Origin: an uncultured Desulfobacter sp.
Lineage (GTDB): Bacteria; Desulfobacterota; Desulfobacteria; Desulfobacterales; Desulfobacteraceae
Assembly: GCA_963665095.1 (NCBI GenBank)
Contig: OY762069.1
Span: 3,264,001 to 3,328,000 of the forward strand
Length of the DNA: 64,000 bases
Reading direction: 5' to 3'
This document shows positions 21,031 to 31,975 of this stretch, piece after piece. Positions within the stretch are counted from its first letter, which is position 1, and each line of letters opens with the position of its first letter. A model generated the notes under the pieces. That model did no database searches. It saw nothing but the letters and a program-made list of their open reading frames with translations, and had not been told where the DNA came from. A program made the position numbers and the translations under genes.

Positions 21031-22500
21031 TTAAGGCAGGCGGATTTTTCGTTTGTCGATTTCCCATAGTTCTGTAGGGCCATAGCCTGTTAGAGTTTGT
21101 AATTGTCTAAAATTAAAAGAGGACCAGAATTTACCCTTTTGGTCCTTAGACATAAACGCGGCAGCCATATAACGATATTCACCTTTCAAGACCCACCAGT
21201 CCTTATCGGTAATAGCTATTTTATCCGGATTTACACCCCGATCCTTTAGGAATCCGATCAGCTGACTTTCCAACGCTTTATTAACATATCCGGCAGCTGG
21301 GAATGGCTGGGGGCGGTTAGCCCATTCCTCTTTCTTCTGGTGCCAGATATTGTTTTGTTTTTCAAGATTTGAAAGCTGTTTAGAAAATTTTGCAGCCTGG
21401 TCCGGGATTGTATCAGACATCTTTTTGATCTGCTCTTTTTGGTAGTCTATTTTTTTCTGACTAAGAACAAAAAGATAGGTCCCGGATTCTGGTTTCCAGG
21501 TTTTATTTTTTTCGAATTGTTGGCTCCAGTCATCCAGGGTACGTTTTACAGGACCTGCCATGTTTCCGGATTCTGCATTACGATCCTTTTCATAGACCTC
21601 AATTTTAAATTTCAAGTCACTTGACGCTTGGGACAGCTCATGTGTCAGTGCCTTCCCTGACGTTTGTTTTTCAAAATCGGCCAAAAGCGTTTGGGCGTCT
21701 TTAAAGTATTGGTCCTGTTTTTCAAGGGCATCCTTATTTCGAATCCCTGGGAACTGCAATCGTTTGGCTCCTTTATAATCGATATAGGGTTTAATCCTTG
21801 GAAGCCACGTCTGGTTCATGGTTTCAGCATCAGCCTTGGCAGATGCTGCGGCAGCGGATATTTGATTGCTTTGATTCTCCACTTTCTGTTTAAAAGCAGC
21901 AAATTTGGCCTGCATCTCTTTGAGCTGTGCGAACCCTGCAGCCACATCGGGATTATTGGGGTCTGCCTTATTATTAGTAATGACTCTGTCCAGATAGGAT
22001 TGTGCACCCTGCAATCTTTGCTCAGCATTTGCACTATAGGATTTAACCAGGTTGAACTCATTGGTCTTTAACGCTTTTTCGCCTTGGTCCATTTCGCTTT
22101 GTGCAAACTTCATTTCACCATAGGCTGATTTTAAATTGGATTTAGCCCCGTGACTAAGTGGTTTAGGTCCTGAATTACTTGGTGCTGGTGCGGTTGAAGT
22201 CGTTGTACCAACGGAATTACTACCAAGCTTTTTATCAACCATTTTTTTTGTGCGATCGTATTTACCTTGAATTGATTTCAATGATTTATAACCAGGATCG
22301 GCAGCTTTTATCTCTTCTATAAGCTGTTTTACCTGGTTTAAAAGCTCATCTGCTTCAGTGGTTTTCCGGGAATAGTAATTGCGCTCCGCATCACGGATCA
22401 ATTTATTGGCTTTTTTTGACAGGTCCGCCACCGAATCAGAAGCCCAAACAAAATTAGTTGAACAAAAACACAATAAAAGAATCATGATTAGTTTTTTCAT
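21031..22500 (-). CDS. Secreted alpha-helical hypothetical protein
   Basis: Long ORF, signal peptide MKKLIMILLLCFCSTNFVWA, S/T/P linker; no motif recognised. Confidence 0.75.
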   Translation of the reverse strand: MKKLIMILLLCFCSTNFVWASDSVADLSKKANKLIRDAERNYYSRKTTEADELLNQVKQLIEEIKAADPGYKSLKSIQGKYDRTKKMVDKKLGSNSVGTTTSTAPAPSNSGPKPLSHGAKSNLKSAYGEMKFAQSEMDQGEKALKTNEFNLVKSYSANAEQRLQGAQSYLDRVITNNKADPNNPDVAAGFAQLKEMQAKFAAFKQKVENQSNQISAAAASAKADAETMNQTWLPRIKPYIDYKGAKRLQFPGIRNKDALEKQDQYFKDAQTLLADFEKQTSGKALTHELSQASSDLKFKIEVYEKDRNAESGNMAGPVKRTLDDWSQQFEKNKTWKPESGTYLFVLSQKKIDYQKEQIKKMSDTIPDQAAKFSKQLSNLEKQNNIWHQKKEEWANRPQPFPAAGYVNKALESQLIGFLKDRGVNPDKIAITDKDWWVLKGEYRYMAAAFMSKDQKGKFWSSFNFRQLQTLTGYGPTELWEIDKRKIRLP

Positions 22501-22866
22501 TTTTTTTTCCTTTTCTCGGGTTGATTCCATAGGTTGACTGAACTTACGTGTATTGAACTCTATGCGTAGTGCCCTCCTTTTTATTAAGACAGATTACGTG
22601 TGCAATTTCAGAAGACAAATCGTCTCCCTGGCTAATTTAAAAAAAATCGCAAGATAATCTTACAGCACCCATTATTCTTTTCGTAAAAACAGAATAATGG
22701 ATGCCAATACTAAACCGACGTAAATGATGAAATCATATAGAATAGAAAATGACAGATGTCAACGCCATAACCATTTGACTTTTAAAGGCAGTTATATTGA
22801 GATATTTTTTATATAATAATTAGTGTTCAACCACTATTTATGTAGCGCTCAAGCCCTTTGGATCAT

Positions 22867-23826
22867 CTATCTGACAATTTTATCTGCCATCACAAGTATC
22901 CCTGTGGGAAGGTGCACCCCGATCTTTTTGGCAGTCTTGAGATTCACCGTAATGCTGAAATGCTCTGAAGTGACCGCCGGAACCCTGGAGGGGTGACTGC
23001 CGTTGAGGACGGCATCCGCCTTTTGGGCGGCAAGTCCCCCCAGATGATAATAATCGGGGACCAGACCCATCATGGCCCCTTCGCTGGTCACCATCTCTTC
23101 CAGTGCGGCCAGGGAGGGAAGCGAACCGGCATTGACCTTTTCTACGATGCGTTGTCCCAGGGTTTTAATGGTGGAGTCGGAAGGAAAATAGATGGCATCC
23201 ACCTTTGTTTCAAATTTATCCAGAACAGGGATGACATCCAGGTCCGAAGTAATTCTAAAGTGAACCAGCTTAAATCCTTTAATTCTGGCAAGTTGATTTA
23301 ATTCACTGACCTGAATCACTGAGTTCTGCTCCACGGGATTGTAGATCACCCCCAGGCGGGTGAAAGGCACCACTTTTTTAAGGGCCTTAATCTGGCTTGA
23401 GAGGGGTACCATGCTGGAAACACCGGTGGCATTGTTACCCGGAGCGCGCCAGCTTTCAATGATGCCTGATTCCACAGGTCGTGTCACAATATTAAAAATG
23501 ACAGGGATATCTTTGATTGCCGCCACCACCTGTTTGGTGGCGGTGGTGCCAAATACATAGATTAAATCGGGTCTGGCTTCTTTTATCCGGGGCAGCATCT
23601 GATTAAGAGACTCAAGGTTCTGTCGGCAGTTGAAGATGGTATAGGAGGGTGAGTATCCAAGATTTTCAAGTCCCTGGACAAATCCGGTTTCCGCCCGGGT
23701 TTTTCCCCGCCAGGTGACCATGACGATTTCAGGACGGCTGTCAAATTCTGAAGCTTGGCAGATCGGATGGAAAAACACCCCCCAGACAAGAAGAATTATC
23801 ATCAGAACTCTCAAATCAGCCTCCAC
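22867..23826 (-). CDS. ABC transporter substrate-binding protein (ABC_sub_bind type), no transporter genes adjacent
   Basis: PDLIYVFGT, PVIF, NNATGVS, LGVIYNPVEQNS, VNLKTAKKIG. Confidence 0.85.
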   Translation of the reverse strand: MEADLRVLMIILLVWGVFFHPICQASEFDSRPEIVMVTWRGKTRAETGFVQGLENLGYSPSYTIFNCRQNLESLNQMLPRIKEARPDLIYVFGTTATKQVVAAIKDIPVIFNIVTRPVESGIIESWRAPGNNATGVSSMVPLSSQIKALKKVVPFTRLGVIYNPVEQNSVIQVSELNQLARIKGFKLVHFRITSDLDVIPVLDKFETKVDAIYFPSDSTIKTLGQRIVEKVNAGSLPSLAALEEMVTSEGAMMGLVPDYYHLGGLAAQKADAVLNGSHPSRVPAVTSEHFSITVNLKTAKKIGVHLPTGILVMADKIVR

Positions 23827-24144
23827 CTTTTAATCGGTTGAACTTCTTTTGTCTGCTCTGTACGATCCCTGAAATTAACCTGAAATCACATAATGTATCA
23901 GGCCCAATCGTTTTCGGATTAACACAATTAACCAATTGGAACAAGCACCTTTTTTTTGCTCAAGGTCCCAATTGACACTCTGCAGGCTAAAAATGTTATC
24001 CCCGGCCTTGATCATTTTTTCCTGATCCGGACTCTATTTTTTCAGACTCTTATATGATATGGTTTTTTGCTTTAACACAAATGTGCTGACAGCACAGCAT
24101 TGGTTAAAAAGATTTATTTGGAAGTTTGAGGAGATATTCCCCAT

Positions 24145-26022
24145 ATGGGACGTTTGAATGATTTTGAACTGACTATTAGAAAGGTCAGTGACACTCCTTT
24201 GACCTATGATGCCCTGATCCCTTCGGATTGCACTTTTTTCCAGGATGTCAGGCGCTATCAGAGTTCCGGGCCTCACCTGGAAATACGGATCATTCCGGTA
24301 AACGGACGGTTTGAACTGGACCCGGATATGGAGCCGGTATCCTTTAATAAACTGAGCGTGGCTGAACGTAAAGCCCTGGTGGACTATCTGACCGTACGGG
24401 TGGCCCGGGGAGATAATATCGGGTATGCCTGGGCGTTTTTCAAATCCCCGGATAAAAAACGCAGCATGGTGGCTTTTGGCGGCAATGTGGTACACAGCGA
24501 TACGGCCATGGGCAAGGAGCGGGTGGCACAATTACTCTCCCTTTTGCAGAAGCAAAAAGGGATTTCCAAAATGAAACGGCGGCTGGTGCCCTGGATTTCG
24601 GCCATTCTCATCATCGGGCTGATGGTGGGGGCCGGGTTCAAATACGGCCATCTGATCAAGCAGTTGCCCTTTATCAGCTCCATCGGCCAGCATTCCGGTC
24701 CTGAGATGGATTTCTACAAAATGGTCTTCCCCACCCTGTATGATTGGCTGGATGAGGGCGAACCTGAGCAGAAGGATGTGGCAAAAAAACTTTTAAAACC
24801 CGTCTATGTCGACTGCCTGCTTCACACCATGGAGGAAAGAAGTTACCGCCAGGAGGGTGAGGATCCCATGAACCTGGGCAACCGGCTCATTCTCTTTGTC
24901 TATTTCAACTATAACACTGAGGTGGCCGCTCTCATCAATGAACGCCGGGAAGTGCTGGACGGCACGGAATTCATGCGCCTTTGCAGGATCTACTCCACCC
25001 GGCAGTCCGGCTATGCCTCCAATATTTTCTACTTCAAGGTGGGCGATCTTAATATCAAACATACCGAGATCTCCAATTACATGAAGCAGAACATGATCAC
25101 CTACCGGGACTTCAAAAAGATCCGGGATGAAAATGCCTTTGCCGAACTGATGCAAAGCGATAACGTCAGTTATAAAATGAAAGGGTTTCTGGAAAACGTC
25201 TACACCTTTACCCCCCTTCGCATTGAAACAAAAGACCAGGGGCATGCCTGGCATCTGCTCACCAGAAGAAATGCGTCAGGCAAGATCGATTTTGCCGCCT
25301 TTTTCAATCAGGAAAGTGCAACGCTGGTTCCCAAACGCATCGGCAACCAGGTACTGGATACCAACGGACTTCCCGACGACATGACCTGGTACGGTATAGC
25401 TGACGGCCAGGCCCGTCAGCTCAAACTATCCAGCAATTCCCTGACCTATTTCAGCGCTGAGACCGGCCAGGTGCATCAGCTGGCCATCATCGAAGACAGA
25501 ATCGGCACATTCGGTTTGAAACCCCTTGATGCCAGCCAGATCAAAGCCAGCGTCCACAGGGAACTGCTCATGGGGGATATGAAGGGCAAGTACGGCATCC
25601 AGACCAATGATCCCATCACAAGTCTGGTGCTTTCCAATCTGATCACCAAATCCTCATTTGAACAGGAGGCCAATGTCTCCCTGAAACGGGATCCCATCCA
25701 GTTCAACACCACCCTGGTCCAGTTGTCCAAGGACGACAGCTTCTCGGTGCAGTCCGTCACCATCACGCCGGGAACCACCAACGTCATCCGGCTGTTTGAA
25801 CCCCTGGACAGCTTTATTGCCACTTTCAAGGACGGCACGACCGCCACCTTTGAAAAAGCAAGCGTCAATCTGTTCAACCCCTTTACTTTTATGGTATCCA
25901 GGGATAGCATAACCCTGTGTTTCCGAAATGATATCAATGACATGAAGATTTCGGCCGGTGATACCCAGCTTCAAATCATCAAGGCCAGGGACGGAAACTA
26001 TCAGATTATAAAAACCCTTTAA
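24145..26022 (+). CDS. Single-pass membrane hypothetical protein, first gene of a three-gene operon
   Basis: 625-aa ORF, RBS GAGGAG, one TM segment (LVPWISAILIIGLMVGAGF) after ~145 aa. Confidence 0.8.
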   Translation: MGRLNDFELTIRKVSDTPLTYDALIPSDCTFFQDVRRYQSSGPHLEIRIIPVNGRFELDPDMEPVSFNKLSVAERKALVDYLTVRVARGDNIGYAWAFFKSPDKKRSMVAFGGNVVHSDTAMGKERVAQLLSLLQKQKGISKMKRRLVPWISAILIIGLMVGAGFKYGHLIKQLPFISSIGQHSGPEMDFYKMVFPTLYDWLDEGEPEQKDVAKKLLKPVYVDCLLHTMEERSYRQEGEDPMNLGNRLILFVYFNYNTEVAALINERREVLDGTEFMRLCRIYSTRQSGYASNIFYFKVGDLNIKHTEISNYMKQNMITYRDFKKIRDENAFAELMQSDNVSYKMKGFLENVYTFTPLRIETKDQGHAWHLLTRRNASGKIDFAAFFNQESATLVPKRIGNQVLDTNGLPDDMTWYGIADGQARQLKLSSNSLTYFSAETGQVHQLAIIEDRIGTFGLKPLDASQIKASVHRELLMGDMKGKYGIQTNDPITSLVLSNLITKSSFEQEANVSLKRDPIQFNTTLVQLSKDDSFSVQSVTITPGTTNVIRLFEPLDSFIATFKDGTTATFEKASVNLFNPFTFMVSRDSITLCFRNDINDMKISAGDTQLQIIKARDGNYQIIKTL

Positions 26023-26056
26023 TTGAAAAGTGTTTTAAGGAGTTTTAGTACCGCAT

Positions 26057-27562
26057 ATGTTTGACAACGCAGACCGCCTTTCCAGGGTCCAGAAAGAGAT
26101 CCGGGATGTCGTCCACCAGCTTGCCGATCTTCCGGCCCAGCAGGCAGACCGGGTGAACCGCATCATTGACCGGTGCCAGCAGTGCCTGAAGACCGCACCG
26201 GCGCCTGACACCCCTGTATATATTCACATCACCGGCACGGATAAATCGTTTAAGACCAGCTACCTGCTGGACCTGTTTGATAATGACACGCTGCGGGAGC
26301 TGTTTGCCGTCAAGCAGCGTAACACCTCGGAGAACACCGCCGTTCCCTGTCTTGTGGAGCCGGTCTCCTGGGCGGATGAGGTGGTGGTAAGCCAGGTATC
26401 CATCTCCACGGGCAATGTGATCCGGGACAAGCTGACCAAAGAGCAGTTCAACCGGCTCTATGATCTCTCCTCCGGAGCGGAACCCGATGACTATCTCATC
26501 CGGGTGGCTGTGCCCGAAGGCCAGACCCCCATGACCCGGCCCGCCATTGAGTACCCGGGCATCAAAGAGGGGGCGGACGCCATTGAGTTCCAGAAGGAGC
26601 GCCATGAAAAGTTCCAGACCAATATGCTGGACTGCCTGGAGCGCTACCCAGGCATTTTCGTGGCCTGTTTCCAGCATAAAATTGCCATTCCGCCGGGACA
26701 TCCTTTAGACGCCATTCTCAAAAAATACCGCGCCGTGCTTGAGACCACCCACCATTACCAGAAGCTGCCGCTGATTTTATCCTTACAGGGAGACAGTGCC
26801 GTGGCCAGCTACTGCGGCAACACCAATGTGGCGCAGGATCTGGAAAGTGATTTCAAAAGCTATAAGGCCTTTGAGACCGTGGTTCAGCTGGTAAACCCCT
26901 GCAATGGCGAATATCCGGTGACCTTTATCTCGCCGGGTCCCCATGTGGACACCTGGATCAGAAATCTGTCCCGGTACAAAAGTCTGCGGGAAATAAAAGA
27001 CCAGATCAAAGCAGACGGCGGGATTGCCTGGTCAAGACAGATGCTTGAGGAGGTCTGCACCACCTCCAATATCCGGGATGCCCTGGACAATATGTTCATC
27101 CGGCCCTGGCTGGCCCAGGCGGAAAAACTGCACGGCCAGGCTGTGGACCTTTTGTATGAACTTGAAAGCTATGACGAAGTGGCCGAAGTTAAGGAACGGA
27201 TGCGCAAAGCGGTTCTCAACGGCACCTACCAGGGGCTTCGCAAGTACTTTGCCTCTGAGCTTGAATACTTTGAAGACGGGGTGATCCGGGACCACAAGGA
27301 ATTCTGGACCGGCATATTCACCCGTTACCTGGATCAGTTCCTGGCAGACACCCAGAGAAGTGAAGGCTTGTCCCAGGTGCTGTGGGAACGGCTGCATAAG
27401 CGGCTGGATCCTGAAAGCAAAGGGTTCTTAAGTTCAAAGGAAAAGGACCTGCCCCATATTATCATGAACATGGCGGAATTTTACGTGCCCAATACACTGA
27501 TGCGCGGGGATTTCACCCTTCTGGAAAGAGATATTAAGGAGGATGCCTCCCATGCGGTTTAA
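26057..27562 (+). CDS. Divergent dynamin-like/SrfC-like P-loop protein
   Basis: HITGTDKSFKTSYL (G1-like), ENTAVP (G2-like), IEYPG (G3-like), helical C-terminus. Confidence 0.5.
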   Translation: MFDNADRLSRVQKEIRDVVHQLADLPAQQADRVNRIIDRCQQCLKTAPAPDTPVYIHITGTDKSFKTSYLLDLFDNDTLRELFAVKQRNTSENTAVPCLVEPVSWADEVVVSQVSISTGNVIRDKLTKEQFNRLYDLSSGAEPDDYLIRVAVPEGQTPMTRPAIEYPGIKEGADAIEFQKERHEKFQTNMLDCLERYPGIFVACFQHKIAIPPGHPLDAILKKYRAVLETTHHYQKLPLILSLQGDSAVASYCGNTNVAQDLESDFKSYKAFETVVQLVNPCNGEYPVTFISPGPHVDTWIRNLSRYKSLREIKDQIKADGGIAWSRQMLEEVCTTSNIRDALDNMFIRPWLAQAEKLHGQAVDLLYELESYDEVAEVKERMRKAVLNGTYQGLRKYFASELEYFEDGVIRDHKEFWTGIFTRYLDQFLADTQRSEGLSQVLWERLHKRLDPESKGFLSSKEKDLPHIIMNMAEFYVPNTLMRGDFTLLERDIKEDASHAV

Positions 27563-29303
27563 CTTTTTCAAACGCAAAAAAAAGGAAGTGGACCCGTTCC
27601 AGCTGGAGCTGGAGGATGACGGCAAGCTTTATTATGAAACCATTGCCGGCCGCACGCCCCGGGATGTTAACAACCGGGAGGAGTATATCCTGTTTGTGGA
27701 TTTCGGGTCCTACCGGACAAGTGTTCTTTGCTGGCCCTGCAGTTTCGGCAGGGACAAGATCACCGACTCCTGGCAGTATGTGGTCCACGGGGATGCCGAT
27801 GCCCAGGGGGGTTTTCCTTCGGCCTTTATCAACCCGCCCTCAGGGGATGAACGCGACTTTGCCTTTGTCACCCATACCGGCGGGGAGAATGTCAGTGCAA
27901 GCCAGATCGTCAAGAGCGCCAAGTATGTGTTTGCCAGCAAGTTTGCCGCATACAAGGGAGATGTGCCCCAGTTCAAGCTTTACATCAAAAAGATCCTGGA
28001 GCACAGCTTCAAATATATTACGGAACCCAACAAGGAGAGGCCCTGGAACGGCCCGGCCATCCCGGTGATCACCGAGATCCGGGTGACGGTACCGGACCTG
28101 TTCATTGAAAATTTAAGAACCGGGTACAAGGAAAATATCTATTCGGTGTGCATGAACCTGGCCTCGGACCGGAAATGGAAGTGGCTCTTCCCCGAAGATC
28201 TGCGGCACTTGCGCAAAACCTTTGTCAATATTTCAGCCGATGAGTCAGGCGCCTGTGAACTCTATTTCCTCAACCTGCTCAAACAGGTGCCCTTCTGGGA
28301 TTTAGGCGGCCAGAAGGACCGGCTGCCCGATCTCAAAGAGGTGGACTTTATTTTTTCCCAGGCGGCCCAGCGCGACCCCAATGCTGAAAACCTGAACTAT
28401 GTGGTGTGCCATATTGATATCGGCGGCCTGACCACCGATGTCAGTGTGCTTCTGGCCAACACCTACCAGGACCCGGCCCTGGGCATCACCACGGCGCTCA
28501 AACGAAAAGAGTCCTTTTCCGAACGAAAAGCCGGTGAATATTTTGCCGAAACATTCAACCAGACGCGCCTGCCGGATGAAGGCGGCCCCTGGTGGGATTG
28601 TGACAGGTTCATCGACAGTGATTTTTCCAGGTTCCTGGAGCTTTTGTGCGGTAAGCAGGCCGCCCTTCTTGACAAATGGCGGCATGAAAAACAGCTCTCG
28701 GGCATCTATTTTCTGGTCTCAGGCAGACCCACCAAATCGGAAAAAGTCAGAAACGCCATCCGCAGGCATATCTTAAAAGAGTTCAACAAAGATGAACTGC
28801 TGCTGTTGCCCGAACACTGCCTGTTCATGGCCGAGTACCGCCATGTGGGCAAAAACCAGGAAGGGGAGCGCTATGCCAGAAAAATCGAGCATTTTGAAAA
28901 GCTCATCACCCTGCTGGGCAATGTCTACACCCTGTATGACGGGTATGAAATCTGCTTTGAGGACCACAAGTACTACATCTCCCTGGATACCGACACCCGG
29001 ACCACTACCCAGATGGAGGTGGTCCCGGGGCGCCTCTATAATATGGAAGAATTTGAAAACTACAAAAAATCAGCCATTCACAACAACGTCAATCACCTGG
29101 CGTTTACCCGGTTTCCTGCAGGAGAAAACGCCACACGCTTCTTAACCGTAAAAACCATTGCCCGGCAGACCGCCTACCCCATTATCCGGGTGGCCCAGAG
29201 TAATGACGGCCAGGCATGGATCATGCCGTCTTTAGTCATCACCAACCTGGAGCAGCATGACCAGGCCTTTGATCTGTCCTGGGGGGCGCTGATGATGGAA
29301 TAG
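27543..29303 (+). CDS. Actin/Hsp70-fold ATPase, SrfB-like
   Basis: FVDFGSYRT (phosphate 1), ADESGA (connect 1), IDIGGLTTDVS (phosphate 2), LVSGRPTK (adenosine motif). Confidence 0.65.
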   Translation: MPPMRFNFFKRKKKEVDPFQLELEDDGKLYYETIAGRTPRDVNNREEYILFVDFGSYRTSVLCWPCSFGRDKITDSWQYVVHGDADAQGGFPSAFINPPSGDERDFAFVTHTGGENVSASQIVKSAKYVFASKFAAYKGDVPQFKLYIKKILEHSFKYITEPNKERPWNGPAIPVITEIRVTVPDLFIENLRTGYKENIYSVCMNLASDRKWKWLFPEDLRHLRKTFVNISADESGACELYFLNLLKQVPFWDLGGQKDRLPDLKEVDFIFSQAAQRDPNAENLNYVVCHIDIGGLTTDVSVLLANTYQDPALGITTALKRKESFSERKAGEYFAETFNQTRLPDEGGPWWDCDRFIDSDFSRFLELLCGKQAALLDKWRHEKQLSGIYFLVSGRPTKSEKVRNAIRRHILKEFNKDELLLLPEHCLFMAEYRHVGKNQEGERYARKIEHFEKLITLLGNVYTLYDGYEICFEDHKYYISLDTDTRTTTQMEVVPGRLYNMEEFENYKKSAIHNNVNHLAFTRFPAGENATRFLTVKTIARQTAYPIIRVAQSNDGQAWIMPSLVITNLEQHDQAFDLSWGALMME

Positions 29304-29352
29304 CAGTACCGGGATTGCTTCTATAAACAAGCCATATCTTGAGGAGGACACA

Positions 29353-29835
29353 ATGGAATTACTCACCGTAACCATCGAAAACCCAGGCGAATACAACTTT
29401 ATCCTGGGCCATTCCCATTTCATCAAAACCCTGGAGGATGTACACGAAGCCGTTGTCAACACCGTGCCCAACGCAAAATTCGGTGTATCCTTCAGCGAGG
29501 CGTCCATCGAACGTCTGGTCCGGTATTCCGGCACAGATGAAGAGATGGTGGAACTTGCCAAAAAAAATGTCTATGCCCTGGCCGCCGGCCACACCTTTAT
29601 GGTGTTCATGAGAGACATGTTCCCCATCAACATCTTAAATACCATCCAGGCCGTGCCCGAGGTGGCCAGGATTCACTGCGCCACAGCAAACCCGACCCAG
29701 GTGATCCTGGCCGAGACGGACCAGGGACGCGCCATCCTGGGTGTGGTGGATGGTTTCTCCCCTGTAGGCATTGAAACCGATGAGAATATCAAAAGACGTA
29801 AAGAATTTCTGAGAATGATCGGGTACAAACAGTAA
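29353..29835 (+). CDS. Adenosine-specific kinase family protein (DUF355/COG1839)
   Basis: NFILGHSHFIKTLED, AAGHTF, CATANP, GRAILGVVDG, FLRMIGYK. Confidence 0.9.
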   Translation: MELLTVTIENPGEYNFILGHSHFIKTLEDVHEAVVNTVPNAKFGVSFSEASIERLVRYSGTDEEMVELAKKNVYALAAGHTFMVFMRDMFPINILNTIQAVPEVARIHCATANPTQVILAETDQGRAILGVVDGFSPVGIETDENIKRRKEFLRMIGYKQ

Positions 29836-30084
29836 ATACAAAACCCGGAACATTTATAAAAGCACGTAACTTTTTGCATTTATTATCTTCTATGAAACCC
29901 TTGACCATGGTTTCCAGAATCAATGGGTCCCCAAAAGGGTCATGCTCAACACCCACCGGGTCATTTACATGAATCCCGGCAGCAGGATATACCCTGTTGC
30001 CGGGATTTGACTTTTAACACATCTGGGCTTTATGCATGATGCCGTCTTGTGGCTGATGCCGGATGACACCCGGCATGGCGGCTT

Positions 30085-30315
30085 TTATGAGACATCCGGA
30101 CTGAAGTCTATCTGGCACTGGTCATTGAGCCGGGCGCGAATCAGAACAATGGCCACCGCAACCACGGGCAGGGCCAACACCAGTCCCACCACGGGGAGAA
30201 TGGTAAGCCCCAAAACAACCAGTCCAAGGGCAAATACGCCAAACACGGCGCTTAAAATATATTTTGAAAAATTTTCTGACCTGCAGTCTGTAGTTTTTTC
30301 GTTTGTATTTTTCAT
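30085..30315 (-). CDS. Small membrane protein
   Basis: AGGAGG RBS, two hydrophobic segments, downstream hairpin. Confidence 0.6.
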   Translation of the reverse strand: MKNTNEKTTDCRSENFSKYILSAVFGVFALGLVVLGLTILPVVGLVLALPVVAVAIVLIRARLNDQCQIDFSPDVS

Positions 30316-30430
30316 AGCCGCCTCCTTTTTATCTTTAAATTTAATCAATTAGTTAAAACTAACTAATTCACTAAACAAAGATAATACACGATAAAAAATG
30401 TGCAAGCCTTTTAAAAAAAATCAGCAATGC

Positions 30431-31426
30431 TTACAGCGCCATCGGTGGTATGGCTGTTGGCGGCTGCATCCCCCTGGAACTGGGAACACGGGGCGTCTTT
30501 TTCGTCTCAATGGAGAGCCAGCTTAACAAAGATCCGCAAATCAGAAAGCCGCATCCCATCCACAGGGTGGAGGTCGGAGGAACAGCCAGATAGACGCAGG
30601 AGACCAGGGTGGAAAAAAGCGGGGTCAGGTAGGAACCGGCTGCCACAAGAATAGTATTGCCACGCCTCATGGCATTGTCCCAAAGACTGTAGGCAAAAAA
30701 TGTGATACCGCCCAGAATTAACACCTCCATAATAACGTGGGGATTCCATACCCGGGGTTCATTCTTGAAAAAACTGATCCCGAACATTACAAGGGCAGTG
30801 GCGGCCAGGAAGAAGGGTACTGCACCCCCGGCCGCTTTACCGTCACCCACCCATCTGCGGGTCAGCGTGGAATAAAGCGCCCAGGCAATGGCAGCAGCGA
30901 ATGCCAGAACATAAGCGATTGGATTGGCCGCCAGGTCTCTGATGATTGCCTGCCAGGTGTGGTCCGCCCCGCCAGCCAGCACAAAAAACACCCCGAACAA
31001 AGCCAGAGCAGTGCCTGGCAGCAGCAGCCATCTTGCCCTTGTTCCAAGGATGGGCACGGAGAGCAGCAGTGTCAGTGCAGGCCAAAGATAGTTGATCAAT
31101 CCGACTTCCACCACCTGGCTGCGGGTCTTGGCCATGCCAATGGCCAGGAACAGGCACAGCATATACCCCACAAAAAGTGCCCCGCACCCCAGAAGGTACC
31201 GGGGCGGCAGTCCGGCAAGCTTTTTGCGTTCCCGGGATGACCGAAATACGCCGATCAAACCTAAAACAGCACTTATGGAATAAACAAAACCGGCACCTGT
31301 CACCGGACCAATCTGTTCTGAAATACTGCGGGTAAAAGCGATACTGGTACTCCACAGAAGAATGGCTGCAAACCCGCCTGCCGTTCCCATGTAAACGCCT
31401 CTGCTGGAACTGACGCCGTCAGTCAT
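30431..31426 (-). CDS. yddG: DMT/EamA transporter, YddG-like aromatic amino-acid exporter
   Basis: AILLWST, EVGLINYLWPALT, WALYSTLTRR, AYSLWD, SYLTPLFS. Confidence 0.8.
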   Translation of the reverse strand: MTDGVSSSRGVYMGTAGGFAAILLWSTSIAFTRSISEQIGPVTGAGFVYSISAVLGLIGVFRSSRERKKLAGLPPRYLLGCGALFVGYMLCLFLAIGMAKTRSQVVEVGLINYLWPALTLLLSVPILGTRARWLLLPGTALALFGVFFVLAGGADHTWQAIIRDLAANPIAYVLAFAAAIAWALYSTLTRRWVGDGKAAGGAVPFFLAATALVMFGISFFKNEPRVWNPHVIMEVLILGGITFFAYSLWDNAMRRGNTILVAAGSYLTPLFSTLVSCVYLAVPPTSTLWMGCGFLICGSLLSWLSIETKKTPRVPSSRGMQPPTAIPPMAL

Positions 31427-31975
31427 TTGTTCTTACTCCTTTGACTTATTTTTACACGACATGAAATTGGGCGTTGGACGGTTAAGTTGGAGGGTCTAAA
31501 GATTCAAAGAAGGTTCAAATCCTGCGGCTTTTATCCTGTTTCCTTTTTACTGCGTGTGGCAAAATATGCTTTCTTTAAACATATCATCCGGCAAAAAAGC
31601 CCCTTTAAAATTCAAAGTGCATAAAAAATCAAAACACATCTGACCAGATCTGATCTGATGCGGTCTGGTCTGGCCTTTAAATCAGGCCTGCCATGCCGGA
31701 TAAGCCAGGTAATCTACGCCGAGTTCAGTTCAATGTCAATCCATGGAAACAGAAAAATACACCGCTGATAAAAATGTAGAGAAATATAGGCCCGGGATAC
31801 GGAGGCAGACCTTGCTGATCACCTTTTATCTTGAAACTGTATTGGCACACCCCATACAGCTGGCCCCCGTATCCCTGGACCGGTTTAAGTCTCTCCGGAC
31901 GGAGGCATCGGAGAAACTCAACCGTTAAAATGTATTAAGTGAAAGGGGCGGCCGAAAAAAGAAGACAGTCCCCTT

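Noticed and set aside
27543..29303. Calling the ATPase dnaK, mreB or ftsA
   Set aside because: Only fold-level motifs match; no family-specific sequence or context
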